Positions 28,093 to 37,242 of a stretch of 43,965 nucleotides of DNA are shown here, piece after piece. Below the pieces are notes generated by a model that did no database searches, was not told the DNA's origin, and was given only the letters and a program-made list of their open reading frames with translations. Source of the DNA: Candidatus Aenigmatarchaeota archaeon (lineage in GTDB: Archaea > Aenigmatarchaeota > Aenigmatarchaeia > PWEA01); the NCBI GenBank assembly GCA_046539325.1, contig JBKHHD010000007.1, positions 1 to 43,965 on the forward strand, read 5' to 3'. Every line of letters starts with the position of its first letter. Position 1 is the first letter of the stretch. The translations under genes were made by a program, and so were the position numbers.

Positions 28093-28910
28093 ACTATATC
28101 ACCTGCTATCCTCTCTATGGACTCGTGTTTTATAGGTTTCCCCTGAGCATAGTCCCTTTCTATATCCCTGCTGTAAGGTATTTCAGCGACAATTGGTACT
28201 CCCCACTTCTCTGAAATCCTTTCCACGCCTTCGCTTTCTGCTATATCCGATCTGTTAACCACAACCCTTGACACCAGGCCCAGTTCGTTCATCAGTTCAA
28301 GTATAAGGTCAAGATCGTGCTCTCCTAGAGGCGTTGGTTCAGTTACAGCGATTCCCAGGTCCACGTCCATAAGGGCTGCTATAACGGGGCAATGGGTTCC
28401 TGCGGCTGTATCTATAACCACGTAGTCGTATTCGTCCTCCTTGATATACCCCTTCAAGGCGTTTACGACAAGGCTCGACTCCTCGACGCCTGGATTCATG
28501 TCACCGGAAACTAGATCAACAACACCCTTTGCCTCGTATATCTTCCCTATTGTCTGTTTCGAAGGAGATATCGCATCAAAGGGACAGGCGATCATACAGG
28601 CCTGGCACCCCGTGCACTGATTCTCAGACAGTATGGGATACTTGTCCTGAACCTGTACTATCGCGTTTTCACGACAGACCTCGGAACATCTTCCACACTT
28701 CCTGCACTTTTCTTCATCAAATACGGGGATCATTGTCTCCACATCCTTCACTTCCTCCAGCTCCATGCTGAGAAGCAGGTGATCGTTTGGACAGTCTACG
28801 TCTGCGTCCACCAGAAGAACGTCTCCATGCTTTGAAAGCTCAGTGGCCAGAGCTGTGGCTACGGTAGACTTGCCCGTACCTCCTTTGCCTCCTGTCACGG
28901 CTATCTTCAT
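28089..28910 (-). CDS. second MinD-superfamily P-loop ATPase with ferredoxin insert
   Basis: GGKGGTGKS, DADVDCPN, CRKCGRCSEVC, CTGCQACMIACP, AAGTHCPV. Confidence 0.92.
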   Translation of the reverse strand: MKIAVTGGKGGTGKSTVATALATELSKHGDVLLVDADVDCPNDHLLLSMELEEVKDVETMIPVFDEEKCRKCGRCSEVCRENAIVQVQDKYPILSENQCTGCQACMIACPFDAISPSKQTIGKIYEAKGVVDLVSGDMNPGVEESSLVVNALKGYIKEDEYDYVVIDTAAGTHCPVIAALMDVDLGIAVTEPTPLGEHDLDLILELMNELGLVSRVVVNRSDIAESEGVERISEKWGVPIVAEIPYSRDIERDYAQGKPIKHESIERIAGDIV

Positions 28911-28914
28911 TTCC

Positions 28915-29247
28915 TCACCTGCAGCTGCTACTCAGGTCTCGAAGCGAGGAGAGGTTTTCGACAACTTCACCAACGGTCGAATAGTTCCCTGTTTTTGCCT
29001 CTATTCCCTTTTCTTCGAGCATTCTCAGAGCTCTTCTCCCCATACCGAAGGCGTAGATCACATCGACACCTTCTTTCTCTAGAAGCTGGACCGGAAGACA
29101 GCTGCCTTCTTCGTGCTCCTCGCACTCTACGTTATCCAGTTCTTCGCTCTTCGAATCGTATATATGGTAGAAGTTTGCCCGACCGAAGTGTTCCGCCACC
29201 TTCGATTCTTCTCCGTTGTTTTCCAGAGTAGGAATTCCAATTTTCAT
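28915..29247 (-). CDS. NifB/NifX-family (FeMo-co-binding-like) protein
   Basis: MKIGIP, EHFGRANF, GMGRRA. Confidence 0.9.
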   Translation of the reverse strand: MKIGIPTLENNGEESKVAEHFGRANFYHIYDSKSEELDNVECEEHEEGSCLPVQLLEKEGVDVIYAFGMGRRALRMLEEKGIEAKTGNYSTVGEVVENLSSLRDLSSSCR

Positions 29248-29254
29248 AGTATCA

Positions 29255-30508
29255 TTAGTCCTTTTCCCTCGTGGGTTTTTCGAGTCTGTGAAGCTCGTCG
29301 TTTACGAACTTTTCCACTGCTTCACAGACGTTTCCATCTCCAACGCTGTATATCTCGACCAGGTTGTCCCGCAACGAATGGAACGATATCTCTCCCATCT
29401 CCTTGGTAGCTACCGCATCTATCTTCTCCTTCACGAGCTCCCTTATCAGGTTCAGCCCGGCCCTTACCTCCTTGTCCCTGAACTCGTTCTCCCTCATTTC
29501 CAGCTCTTCGATCTCCCCTGTTTCTTTATCAACGTACACAAGAGCGTGGTAAGGCGCCCTTCCGAAGTGGTCCGAGATCTCCGATTCCTTCCCTTCTTCA
29601 TTTTTCACCGGGACAACAACGCGTACTTTATCGGTTCTGTAAGGCTCCACATGTACAGTAAACGAATCGATCCTTGGTATTTTTTCCTTGACCCTGTCCT
29701 CAAAGTAGTCGGCTATCTCGTGCGCCCTCTCCACTTCCACGAACTTCCTTATCATCACGGTCACCTCACCGAACACGAACGGCCCGGAACGTCTCAGCTT
29801 CAGATTACCGAAACCCTCGACACCAGCCACCTCGCCCAAGGTCCTTATGACCTCCTTCTCTATCTTTTCATCGGGCGAGATGTCCATAAGACCGTAGACG
29901 GAATCCTTCAGCGTCTCGAGACCTATCTTCAGAACAAGGAGGGCTATAAGTATAGTTACGGCTCCTTCCACGTACGGTACACTGTAGTATGAAAGGACGA
30001 TGGCAACGAGAACAACAGAGGACGAGAGAACGTCTGCGAACGATTCGCGGGCATTGGCGACAAGCGACCGTGAATTAGTTTTTTCTCCCACTCTCTTCTG
30101 ATATCTTGCTATAAGACCCGATACAACTATGGAAACTGAGGCTGTCCCTCCGGCCAGAAGCGGATAGGACATCTCTGAGACCTCGAAAAGCTTGCTGTAG
30201 CCCTCCAGAGCGAACTCTGCAGATACATATATTATGAATAGGGATATAAGCAGGCTTGCTATGGACTCTGCCTTATAGTATCCGTAGGGGAATTTCTCGT
30301 CTGCCTCCTTCTGCGAGATCTTTAGTCCTAGCCACGCTGCAAATATAGGGAAGATATCTACGGCCGAATGCAATGAGTCCGTTATCAGTACCAGACTTCC
30401 CGTGAGAAATCCTGCGGCTCCTTTACCGGCTGCCAGGAGAATGGTCGCTAAAGTCGTGACTAGAGCTGCGCCTTCGCTTTCCTTAAGTAGTTCCATCTCT
30501 TCGTCCAT
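29255..30508 (-). CDS. cation diffusion facilitator fused to a C-terminal NifX-like domain
   Basis: DSLHSAVD, FPYGYYKAE, ERAHEIAD, VHVEP, then DHFGRAPY. Confidence 0.92.
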   Translation of the reverse strand: MDEEMELLKESEGAALVTTLATILLAAGKGAAGFLTGSLVLITDSLHSAVDIFPIFAAWLGLKISQKEADEKFPYGYYKAESIASLLISLFIIYVSAEFALEGYSKLFEVSEMSYPLLAGGTASVSIVVSGLIARYQKRVGEKTNSRSLVANARESFADVLSSSVVLVAIVLSYYSVPYVEGAVTILIALLVLKIGLETLKDSVYGLMDISPDEKIEKEVIRTLGEVAGVEGFGNLKLRRSGPFVFGEVTVMIRKFVEVERAHEIADYFEDRVKEKIPRIDSFTVHVEPYRTDKVRVVVPVKNEEGKESEISDHFGRAPYHALVYVDKETGEIEELEMRENEFRDKEVRAGLNLIRELVKEKIDAVATKEMGEISFHSLRDNLVEIYSVGDGNVCEAVEKFVNDELHRLEKPTREKD

Positions 30509-30512
30509 CGTA

Positions 30513-30659
30513 TCACTCCCACTTCCCCATCATACGCGTTCCGCACTCCGGACATTTTTTACTGGAACAAGGCACGCCTCTTTCGTGTTTTTCTTCATAG
30601 CCGCAGCTGGGACATATACATTTGTCGGGACCTCCACGGCCACGTCCTCTGCCTCTCAT
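30513..30659 (-). CDS. 48-aa RG-rich double zinc-ribbon protein missing from the ORF track
   Basis: MRGRGRGRGGPDKCICPSCGYEEKHERGVPCSSKKCPECGTRMMGKWE*; AGGTGA RBS; fills the gap in the operon. Confidence 0.85.
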   Translation of the reverse strand: MRGRGRGRGGPDKCICPSCGYEEKHERGVPCSSKKCPECGTRMMGKWE

Positions 30660-30671
30660 ACCTTTCACCTC

Positions 30672-31043
30672 TCAACCTCTTCTTCCACGGCCTGAAGCAC
30701 CTGTTGCGCCTTCCACCTTCTCCAACTTTCCGTCCTTCAACATCTCCACGTTTTCGCATATGCTTCTGTCAAGATCGGCCTCGTACACGTCTATTCCAAG
30801 CTGATCCAGTACACGGAAAGCGTTCGGCCCTACTTTTCCGGTGACTACGGCCTCTGCACCCTCATCACCCACGGTCTGCGCTGCGGCGGTTCCGGCGCCA
30901 CCTCTCTGATTTCTCGCATCGTTTTCTACGAACTTCACATCCTCCTTTTTTGTGTTTGCTATCGCGAAGTAGGGACAACGGCCGAAGACAGAGCTGGGGC
31001 TGGAGTCCATGTCCTTCTTCTCGGCTGTAACTGCTACTTTCAT
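30672..31043 (-). CDS. NifB/NifX-family protein with Gly/Arg tail (MTH1175/SipA-like)
   Basis: MKVAVTA, FGRCPYF, GGAGTAAAQ, GKVGPNA. Confidence 0.9.
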   Translation of the reverse strand: MKVAVTAEKKDMDSSPSSVFGRCPYFAIANTKKEDVKFVENDARNQRGGAGTAAAQTVGDEGAEAVVTGKVGPNAFRVLDQLGIDVYEADLDRSICENVEMLKDGKLEKVEGATGASGRGRRG

Positions 31044-31336
31044 CACTCCTCACCTTCCAGTTCTTCCAGCCTCTTCTCTATGCTTTCCATCTCCTTCTTC
31101 AGCACTTCCTTTTCCTCTCTCAGGACCTCTACTTCATCCTCTCTTGTCGGCTCTCTGGCAGGCAAGGCACGTCTACGTACAGGCCTGAATCCTCTTCTCG
31201 GTCTCCTCCTGAAGCCTGCTCCGCCTCTCGGTGCTCCTTTGGTAAATCCAGGGCTGTCGTATCCTGCGCAGTATCCAAGCCCTCTACCTGTTCTAGGACC
31301 CTGTCCGCGTGGTCCGGTACCATCTCCTCTTGGCAT
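31043..31336 (-). CDS. DUF5320-family protein
   Basis: MPRGDGTGPRGQGPRTGRGLGYC with a C-terminal coiled coil. Confidence 0.9.
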   Translation of the reverse strand: MPRGDGTGPRGQGPRTGRGLGYCAGYDSPGFTKGAPRGGAGFRRRPRRGFRPVRRRALPAREPTREDEVEVLREEKEVLKKEMESIEKRLEELEGEE

Positions 31337-31347
31337 GATAAATCACC

Positions 31348-31674
31348 TCATTTTTTCTTTTTTGTTTTTCTTGGTTTTTTCGTGTAACGAACGTAGTCCG
31401 GATCTTCTATTCGAAGGGACTCTCCTTCGACCAGAAACTCCGTGATCTTCCGATGTGCTTCTTTCAGTATCCTGGAAAACGTCGACCTGGAAACGTCCAT
31501 CTCTTCCGCAGCCTCCTCCTGTGTTAGTTCTTCTTTATGCTTCAGCCTCAACGCCTCTAGCTCGTCGGAGTTGAGGTCTATCTCCCTCAGGCTCGACAGC
31601 GGAATGCCCTTGGGCTTGAACACGTTCCCTTCAGGCCTTCCACATACCCTTCTTCGTCTTCTTGGTCTCGGCAT
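31348..31674 (-). CDS. DUF134 (UPF0251) HTH DNA-binding protein
   Basis: MPRPRRRRRV, FKPKGIP, ELEALRL, QEEAAEEMDVSRSTF. Confidence 0.92.
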   Translation of the reverse strand: MPRPRRRRRVCGRPEGNVFKPKGIPLSSLREIDLNSDELEALRLKHKEELTQEEAAEEMDVSRSTFSRILKEAHRKITEFLVEGESLRIEDPDYVRYTKKPRKTKKKK

Positions 31675-31685
31675 ACTATCACATT

Positions 31686-31748
31686 TTGGTCATATGTTCA
31701 ATACTATATAAACAACTCTGACATATAAAGTTTTGGGTATATGTTCAC
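31686..31748 (-). promoter_or_regulatory. promoter of the DUF134 operon with two operator-like sites
   Basis: TTGGTCATATGTTCAA (31686-31701) and TTGGGTATATGTTCAC (31733-31748) flank a minus-strand TTTATAT at 31723-31729. Confidence 0.7.
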
Positions 31749-31760
31749 AAACAGAGCAAG

Positions 31761-32297
31761 CTAAGAAACCACGTTCAACCTGAGCTTCCTCCTCCCCTCG
31801 AAAATTCTGACTTCGTGGGGCGAGGCGCGGAACAGCGACTCGAGAAACTTCTTAACGAACTTCTTGGACTTCTCAACCTTTATCACTAGCGTAAAGTCCT
31901 TTTCAGAGTTCCTGTTGAGCCTGTACCAGTTGGTCTTCTCCACGTACTCCAGTATATCGGAGACGGTTCTCAGGCCCTTGTCGTAGTACTCGTCCCAGTG
32001 CTGCTCCCCTATGTCCTCCACTTCTTCCCAGAACTCCTCCGACCCTTCGCCTATCTCCTCGAACAGTGAGTTCCAGTGGTCGACGTCCACTATAACATGC
32101 TCGTCCTTTGCGAGAAAGTCCAGGTACGTCTCCACAGCTTCAAGACTCGACCCGAACTCCTCCACAGCGTACAGATGCTTCAGAGCTTCCCTTATTACCC
32201 GGGCCTTCGAGCAGTCCATTTCCTTCTTTAGACTTTCTAGCTTTTCCGCGGACTCCTCGTCCAGCGATACACTGAGTCTTCTAGGAGCTTTGGACAT
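31761..32297 (-). CDS. ribbon-helix-helix (CopG-type) regulator with C-terminal putative ligand-binding domain
   Basis: RLSVSLDEE...SKARVIREAL; EHVIVDVDHW. Confidence 0.85.
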   Translation of the reverse strand: MSKAPRRLSVSLDEESAEKLESLKKEMDCSKARVIREALKHLYAVEEFGSSLEAVETYLDFLAKDEHVIVDVDHWNSLFEEIGEGSEEFWEEVEDIGEQHWDEYYDKGLRTVSDILEYVEKTNWYRLNRNSEKDFTLVIKVEKSKKFVKKFLESLFRASPHEVRIFEGRRKLRLNVVS

Positions 32298-32341
32298 GAT
32301 TACACCCGTTTAGTTTACCTCCACACACAAAAATATTTTCC

Positions 32342-32356
32342 GGTGAACTTTTCACC
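32342..32356. promoter_or_regulatory. candidate operator palindrome in the divergent RHH/acd promoter
   Basis: GGTGAA-ctt-TTCACC perfect inverted repeat. Confidence 0.45.
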
Positions 32357-32418
32357 ATAACAGTTAAACCTTCTCAAATACCTTTTTGTTCTTCCCCTGT
32401 AAAGACAGACCTGATAAC

Positions 32419-32907
32419 ATGCTTGAACAAAAAGAGACCGGAAGCTTCGGAAATGAAGAAGTGAAGGAAGAGATTGAAGGGTTGGAAAACATGCTCACAT
32501 GGACGGAGAACCCGAAGGTCGTGAAGAAGGGCATAGAGAAAGCAGTTTCCATGCTCCCGCTTTACCCTGAGGAAGTGTTGGGAGAGGTGGGCTGCGAGCT
32601 TGGAGAAGCACTTAGCTTTCTGGAAGACGTTCACTACAAGAGCAAGGTCGAAGCAGTTCTCGCCAGGGTGGCCAGGAACTACGCCCACAAAATAGAAGGC
32701 GAAGCTCTTCAGGGCATGAGCTCCAGCGATATCTGGTACGTAAGATGGCTTTCCGTTTGGTTTGTCAACAACATGGCCTACGAAGATCCTGATTCCGTGT
32801 CCACGGACCAGCTGGACGTTCTCCTGAACGACGAGGACGAAAGGGTCAAGGAGTTCGCGAGGCGCGTCGCCAACAGAATCGAGAAACTCAAGGTCTCTCA
32901 GGTCTGA
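32419..32907 (+). CDS. hypothetical helical (HEAT-like) protein
   Basis: C-terminal LLNDEDERVKEFA resembles a HEAT repeat. Confidence 0.65.
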   Translation: MLEQKETGSFGNEEVKEEIEGLENMLTWTENPKVVKKGIEKAVSMLPLYPEEVLGEVGCELGEALSFLEDVHYKSKVEAVLARVARNYAHKIEGEALQGMSSSDIWYVRWLSVWFVNNMAYEDPDSVSTDQLDVLLNDEDERVKEFARRVANRIEKLKVSQV

Positions 32908-32927
32908 AGTTCCTGGGAAGTGAAAAA

Positions 32928-35081
32928 ATGAGACAGGACCTAGAGCTGAAAAGAAGGAAGGAGAGCTCTGCAGAAGGGTCGGAAAAGCTTGGAAAGCTGT
33001 TCGATCCCGACGGAGTGGCAGTTGTGGGTGTATCCCTACAGTCCGGAGACAAGCTCGGGAATAGAATTCTGAACAACGTGGTTGAGAGCGGCTACTCCGG
33101 AAAAATATATCCTGTAAATCCAAAGGCAGGCGAAGATACTTATCTTCAGAACATGGAGGTCTACTCCTGTCTATCCGAGATCGAGGGGAACGTGGACGTA
33201 GCCGTTATTTCAGTACCGAGGAAGGCTGTTCCTTCCGTTATAGATGAATGCGGCTCTAAGGGCGTGGATTTTGCCGTTATAATTGCGTCGGGCTTCGAGG
33301 AGTCCGATAAAGAGGGGCGGAAGTTGAGTGACAAAGTTATGGAAAGGGCAGAGGAAAACGACGTAGGGATTGTTGGGCCGAACGTCCTTGGCTACGTGGA
33401 CACAAGTACACCGATAAACGCATCCTTCTCGCCGGAGTTCCCGAAAGAAGGTGACGTGGCCTTTCTCTCCCAGTCTGGAGCCCTGGGAAGCGGGATGATA
33501 GAGAAGTCGAAGTCTCTGAACCTGGGAATATCGAAGTTCGTAAGTCTCGGTAACAAGGCGATGCTGGACGAGACCGACTTCCTGAACTACCTCAAAGAGG
33601 ACGAAAAAACAAAGTACGGGATGATGTACCTCGAAAGTATATCCAGGGGCGAGGAGTTCGTCAGGGCTGGAAGGAAGCTTTGCATGGAAAAGCCTGTCGT
33701 AGCCATAAAGTCCGGTAGGACGGAATCAGGGAAGATTGCGGCCTCTTCACATACAGGATCCCTTGGAGGTGAGGACGACGTTACCGACGCCGCTTTACAT
33801 AAAGCAGGGATAATACGCGTCGAGGATATGGAGGAGATGGTGGACACTGTAAGGCTAATAAGAGATCAGCCGCTTCCGGAAGGGAGAAACGTGCTCGTAG
33901 TGACGAACGCAGGTGGTAAAGGTGTTATGGCAGCCGATAGCTGCGCCTCCTCGGCTATGGAGCTTGCAAGTCTGAGCCAGGAGACAAAGGAAAAGCTAAA
34001 GGAGGAGCTCCCTGGTGGAGTTTCAGTGAAGAACCCTGTGGACGTTATGGGCGACGCGGATGCGGAGAGGTACGGCGAAGTTATAGAGAATGGAATCAAA
34101 GACGACAACGTGGATGCGTTGCTCGTCCTTATGACAAGACAAGCAGGAACGGATCCCTGGGCGATAAAGGATAAGATCTGTGAGCTTGAAGAGAAAAGTG
34201 ATAAACCGATACTTGCTTCCTTCTTCGGCGACGGTAGAACTGAAAAGGTGGCTTCGGAGCTCGAGGAAGAGGGGATACCACACTTCTTTTCCTTGCCTTC
34301 AGCTGTACTTAGCCTGGAAAAGACAGCTTGGTACAGGGAATGGAAGAGGAGAAGGGAGAACACGTGCGAGGTTAATATCCATGAAAATGGGACGAGGTTG
34401 AAAGTAAGGGAGCTTGCAGACAACGGACGCAGGGAAGTTGGGGGCGAGGAGGCCCTTGAACTGATCTCTTCTTGCGGAATAAACACAGTAAAAAACGAAG
34501 TCGTATCTTCGCCTTCGGAGGCAAGGTCTGTAGCTGAAGAAATAGGAAGCAAAATGGTTATGAAACTGGAGTCCAGTGACCTCTCTCATAAGTCGGACAT
34601 AGGCGGCGTGAGAACCGAAGTAGTTCCAGAAAGAGCAGAAGACGTGTTTCAGGAGCTTGTGGATATTGCAGAAAAGAACGAACTGGAACAAAGAAAGGTC
34701 TCCATGCAACCGATGGTTGATACTGAAAGAGAGATCATAGTCGGTGGTTTTGAACACGGCAACTTTGGCCCTGTGGTCAGGTTCGGCCTTGGAGGAAAGT
34801 ACACGGAGGTCTTCGAGGACTTCTCAAGCAGACTTACACCCGTCAGCAAACAAGAAGCACGGAGGATGATAGAGGAGACGGAGTACGCCTCGGAGATCCT
34901 GGAAGGAGAAAGGGATAAAGAAGAGGTTGAACCTGTGGACATAACAGAAGTTATTGTCAGGATATCCGAACTTTTGACCCGCTTTGAAGAGATAAACGAA
35001 GTGGAGATAAATCCGCTTCTCTTCGATGGTGATAAGCCTGTGGCCGTGGATGCTAGGATCAGCCTTTCGGGGACTGAATAG
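32928..35081 (+). CDS. acd: ADP-forming acetate/acyl-CoA ligase, fused alpha-beta type
   Basis: IYPVNPK, VGPNVLG, SQSGALG, SLGNKA, phospho-His SSHTGSL, NAGGKG, NPVD, SHKSDIGGV, EINPL. Confidence 0.94.
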   Translation: MRQDLELKRRKESSAEGSEKLGKLFDPDGVAVVGVSLQSGDKLGNRILNNVVESGYSGKIYPVNPKAGEDTYLQNMEVYSCLSEIEGNVDVAVISVPRKAVPSVIDECGSKGVDFAVIIASGFEESDKEGRKLSDKVMERAEENDVGIVGPNVLGYVDTSTPINASFSPEFPKEGDVAFLSQSGALGSGMIEKSKSLNLGISKFVSLGNKAMLDETDFLNYLKEDEKTKYGMMYLESISRGEEFVRAGRKLCMEKPVVAIKSGRTESGKIAASSHTGSLGGEDDVTDAALHKAGIIRVEDMEEMVDTVRLIRDQPLPEGRNVLVVTNAGGKGVMAADSCASSAMELASLSQETKEKLKEELPGGVSVKNPVDVMGDADAERYGEVIENGIKDDNVDALLVLMTRQAGTDPWAIKDKICELEEKSDKPILASFFGDGRTEKVASELEEEGIPHFFSLPSAVLSLEKTAWYREWKRRRENTCEVNIHENGTRLKVRELADNGRREVGGEEALELISSCGINTVKNEVVSSPSEARSVAEEIGSKMVMKLESSDLSHKSDIGGVRTEVVPERAEDVFQELVDIAEKNELEQRKVSMQPMVDTEREIIVGGFEHGNFGPVVRFGLGGKYTEVFEDFSSRLTPVSKQEARRMIEETEYASEILEGERDKEEVEPVDITEVIVRISELLTRFEEINEVEINPLLFDGDKPVAVDARISLSGTE

Positions 35082-35126
35082 AACAGGTCTATGTACCTCT
35101 AATATGTTTGAGGCTCAAGAATTTTT

Positions 35127-35336
35127 CTATGAAGAACTGCTCTCGGATCCCTTGGACATCTGAAACCCTCCAGCAACTACTGAAATTATTCCACCTAAAA
35201 GTAAAACAAGCCCAACCTCCTCGTACGGTTGATCCTCTCGAACCGTTTCTCCGAGGATCTCATCGGTTTCCGTATAAAGCGAAAGCACAAGACCAATTGC
35301 CAGCAAGGCAATGCCGAAAGCGATAAGCCATTTCAT
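35127..35336 (-). CDS. small two-TM membrane protein
   Basis: MKWLIAFGIALLAIGLVL...VGLVLLLGGIISVVAG. Confidence 0.7.
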   Translation of the reverse strand: MKWLIAFGIALLAIGLVLSLYTETDEILGETVREDQPYEEVGLVLLLGGIISVVAGGFQMSKGSESSSS

Positions 35337-35532
35337 GTTTAACACACAAACAGTTGGTTCTCAAGGCTTAAATCTTTGATGTAAGGAGACTGATCTATCA
35401 AACAGGATTTGCTTCTATACAGTCCTACTTCTGTCCCTTTGTTACCACTAGAGCCTATGTTCAACTCCTTTATTTCCGTTGTTTAAGTTTTGAAAACAGG
35501 GCAAAGGAATAAAAGCTTTGTTTTTCAGTGTT

Positions 35533-36585
35533 ATGGATATGTCTCCCGAAAACAGAGAAGTTAAAGAGTTGGAAGAGGATCTTGAGGATGCAGAGTTATA
35601 CTATAGTTCTCTCTTTGAGAAATCTCCTGAAGGAATAGTCTTTGTCGACCGTGAAGGAAAGGTCGTAAAGGTCAACGAAAGTTTCTCGGATATCTTCGGA
35701 TACAGCGAAGAAGAGGTGATAGGTAAGCATATAGATGATCTCGTTGCTCCTGACCACGATGAAGACAGGTCCGAGGAGTTCTCCGAGTCAACATTGGAAG
35801 ATGGAGAAGTAGTCAGGGAAGAAACCGTAAGGGCAGGAAGATCCGGTGAGGAGATGTACGTTTCTATCCTGACATCGCCTATAGAAGAAGATGGTCAGAT
35901 AAAGGGTGGTGCCGGAATCTATAGAGATATTACAGAGGTTAAGGAAAGGGAGCTTATGGATCAGGCCTTAAACAGTATGATAAACCACGACCTGGGAAAC
36001 AAACTTACTGTTATAGACGGATACATCGAGCTGTTGAAAGACACAGAGCTGAACGGTAAACAAAGAAAATATGTCGATGAACTGGAAAAGTGTCTTGAAG
36101 GTGCTACAGAAATAACTGAAAGAGTTAACAGCGTACAGAAGGCCCAGAGAAACAGGGATCTTTGCTCGGTTGACATCGACGGGGTTATACGTGAGATCTG
36201 CGAGGATTGCGAAGGAGTAGCAGAAGACCGGGGCTTTGAATTGGAATACGATATAGAGAGCGGTGAAGTACTGGCAGGAGAATTCATCGACAGGCCCTTC
36301 GAAAACATAATTTCAAATAGCATAGAACATTCCAACGGTGACAGGATCGAGGTTGATATGGAGGTCACAGAAGGTTTTTACAGGACAAGTATCATGGACA
36401 ACGGTGAGGGACTACCTGAAGAAAAACAAGAAGAACTGTTCGGAAAAAAGTCTAAGTTCAAGGAGATGAAGACCATGGGCGGCCTTTATATCTCAAAAAA
36501 GATAATAGAGGGCTATGAAGGCAGGCTGGAGCTGGATGGGGAATACGACGGGGCCAAGTTCGATATCTATCTGAAAAGACCCTAA
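35533..36585 (+). CDS. PAS-domain sensor histidine kinase (soluble)
   Basis: PAS (VNESFSDIFGYSEEEVIG...IYRDITE), H-box HDLGNKL, N-box NIISNSIEH, DNGEG. Confidence 0.9.
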   Translation: MDMSPENREVKELEEDLEDAELYYSSLFEKSPEGIVFVDREGKVVKVNESFSDIFGYSEEEVIGKHIDDLVAPDHDEDRSEEFSESTLEDGEVVREETVRAGRSGEEMYVSILTSPIEEDGQIKGGAGIYRDITEVKERELMDQALNSMINHDLGNKLTVIDGYIELLKDTELNGKQRKYVDELEKCLEGATEITERVNSVQKAQRNRDLCSVDIDGVIREICEDCEGVAEDRGFELEYDIESGEVLAGEFIDRPFENIISNSIEHSNGDRIEVDMEVTEGFYRTSIMDNGEGLPEEKQEELFGKKSKFKEMKTMGGLYISKKIIEGYEGRLELDGEYDGAKFDIYLKRP

Positions 36586-36619
36586 AGCTATTTCCAACGA
36601 TTTAGGAAATCCTGTATCT

Positions 36620-37171
36620 CTATTCTTCCGAGAAAAGTTCCGATTCCTCCCATTCCTCCTTCAGTATATCGAAGTAATATATGTCCCAGTACTGTCCGTG
36701 CCTGTACACGCCTTCCCTGAGCTTCCCTATCTGCTTCATCCCTACCTTCTTTTTCAAGCCTTTTGATTTCTCGTTGAAACCGTAAGCTCTTCCATGTATC
36801 GAGTGGAGGTTCAACTCCTCGAAGCCGTACTTCAGAAGAAGCTTCTGGGCTTCGGTTCCGTATCCCTGACCCCAGCACTCTTCCTTTATCCATATACCGA
36901 TCTCCGCAGACCTGTTTACATCGTTTATATCCGTCAGGCTTATACTCCCTACAACGTCTCCTATAGACTTTTCAACTATAGCAAACGTGTACTCTTCACC
37001 TTCCTTTCTCTTCTCCCAGGTCTTCTCTATCCACTCTTCTTCATCTCCCTTCGAAAACGGTTGTAACATTCTAAGGTACTGTGTCATCTCGGGGTTGTTC
37101 ATAGCCTCGTGCACAGCTTCTACGTCTTCCTTTTCAAATCCTCTTAACTTAACCTTTTCTCCTTCAAACAT
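36620..37171 (-). CDS. RimJ/RimL-type GNAT acetyltransferase
   Basis: AEIGIWI, WGQGYGTEA, GFEELNLH, GKLRE. Confidence 0.92.
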   Translation of the reverse strand: MFEGEKVKLRGFEKEDVEAVHEAMNNPEMTQYLRMLQPFSKGDEEEWIEKTWEKRKEGEEYTFAIVEKSIGDVVGSISLTDINDVNRSAEIGIWIKEECWGQGYGTEAQKLLLKYGFEELNLHSIHGRAYGFNEKSKGLKKKVGMKQIGKLREGVYRHGQYWDIYYFDILKEEWEESELFSEE

Positions 37172-37242
37172 CTTATCGCCTACAGATAATACACGGACTT
37201 GAACAAATAAAAATAAGGGGAATCTTACCTTAAAATAACATT

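Noticed and set aside
30550-30565. Possible frameshift in the A-tract of the small Zn-ribbon gene
   Set aside because: The tract is six bases, so the frame is intact.
15808-32320. Identical 12-mer TTTAGTTTACCT in two divergent promoters (15808-15819 and 32309-32320)
   Set aside because: An AT-rich 12-mer match is expected by chance in 44 kb and the genes share no obvious function.
29216-34552. Long antisense ORFs (29216..29992 +, 32374..33123 -, 33866..34552 -)
   Set aside because: They are shadows of well-supported genes, with the Ser/Phe/Leu-rich composition expected opposite Glu/Lys-rich codons.
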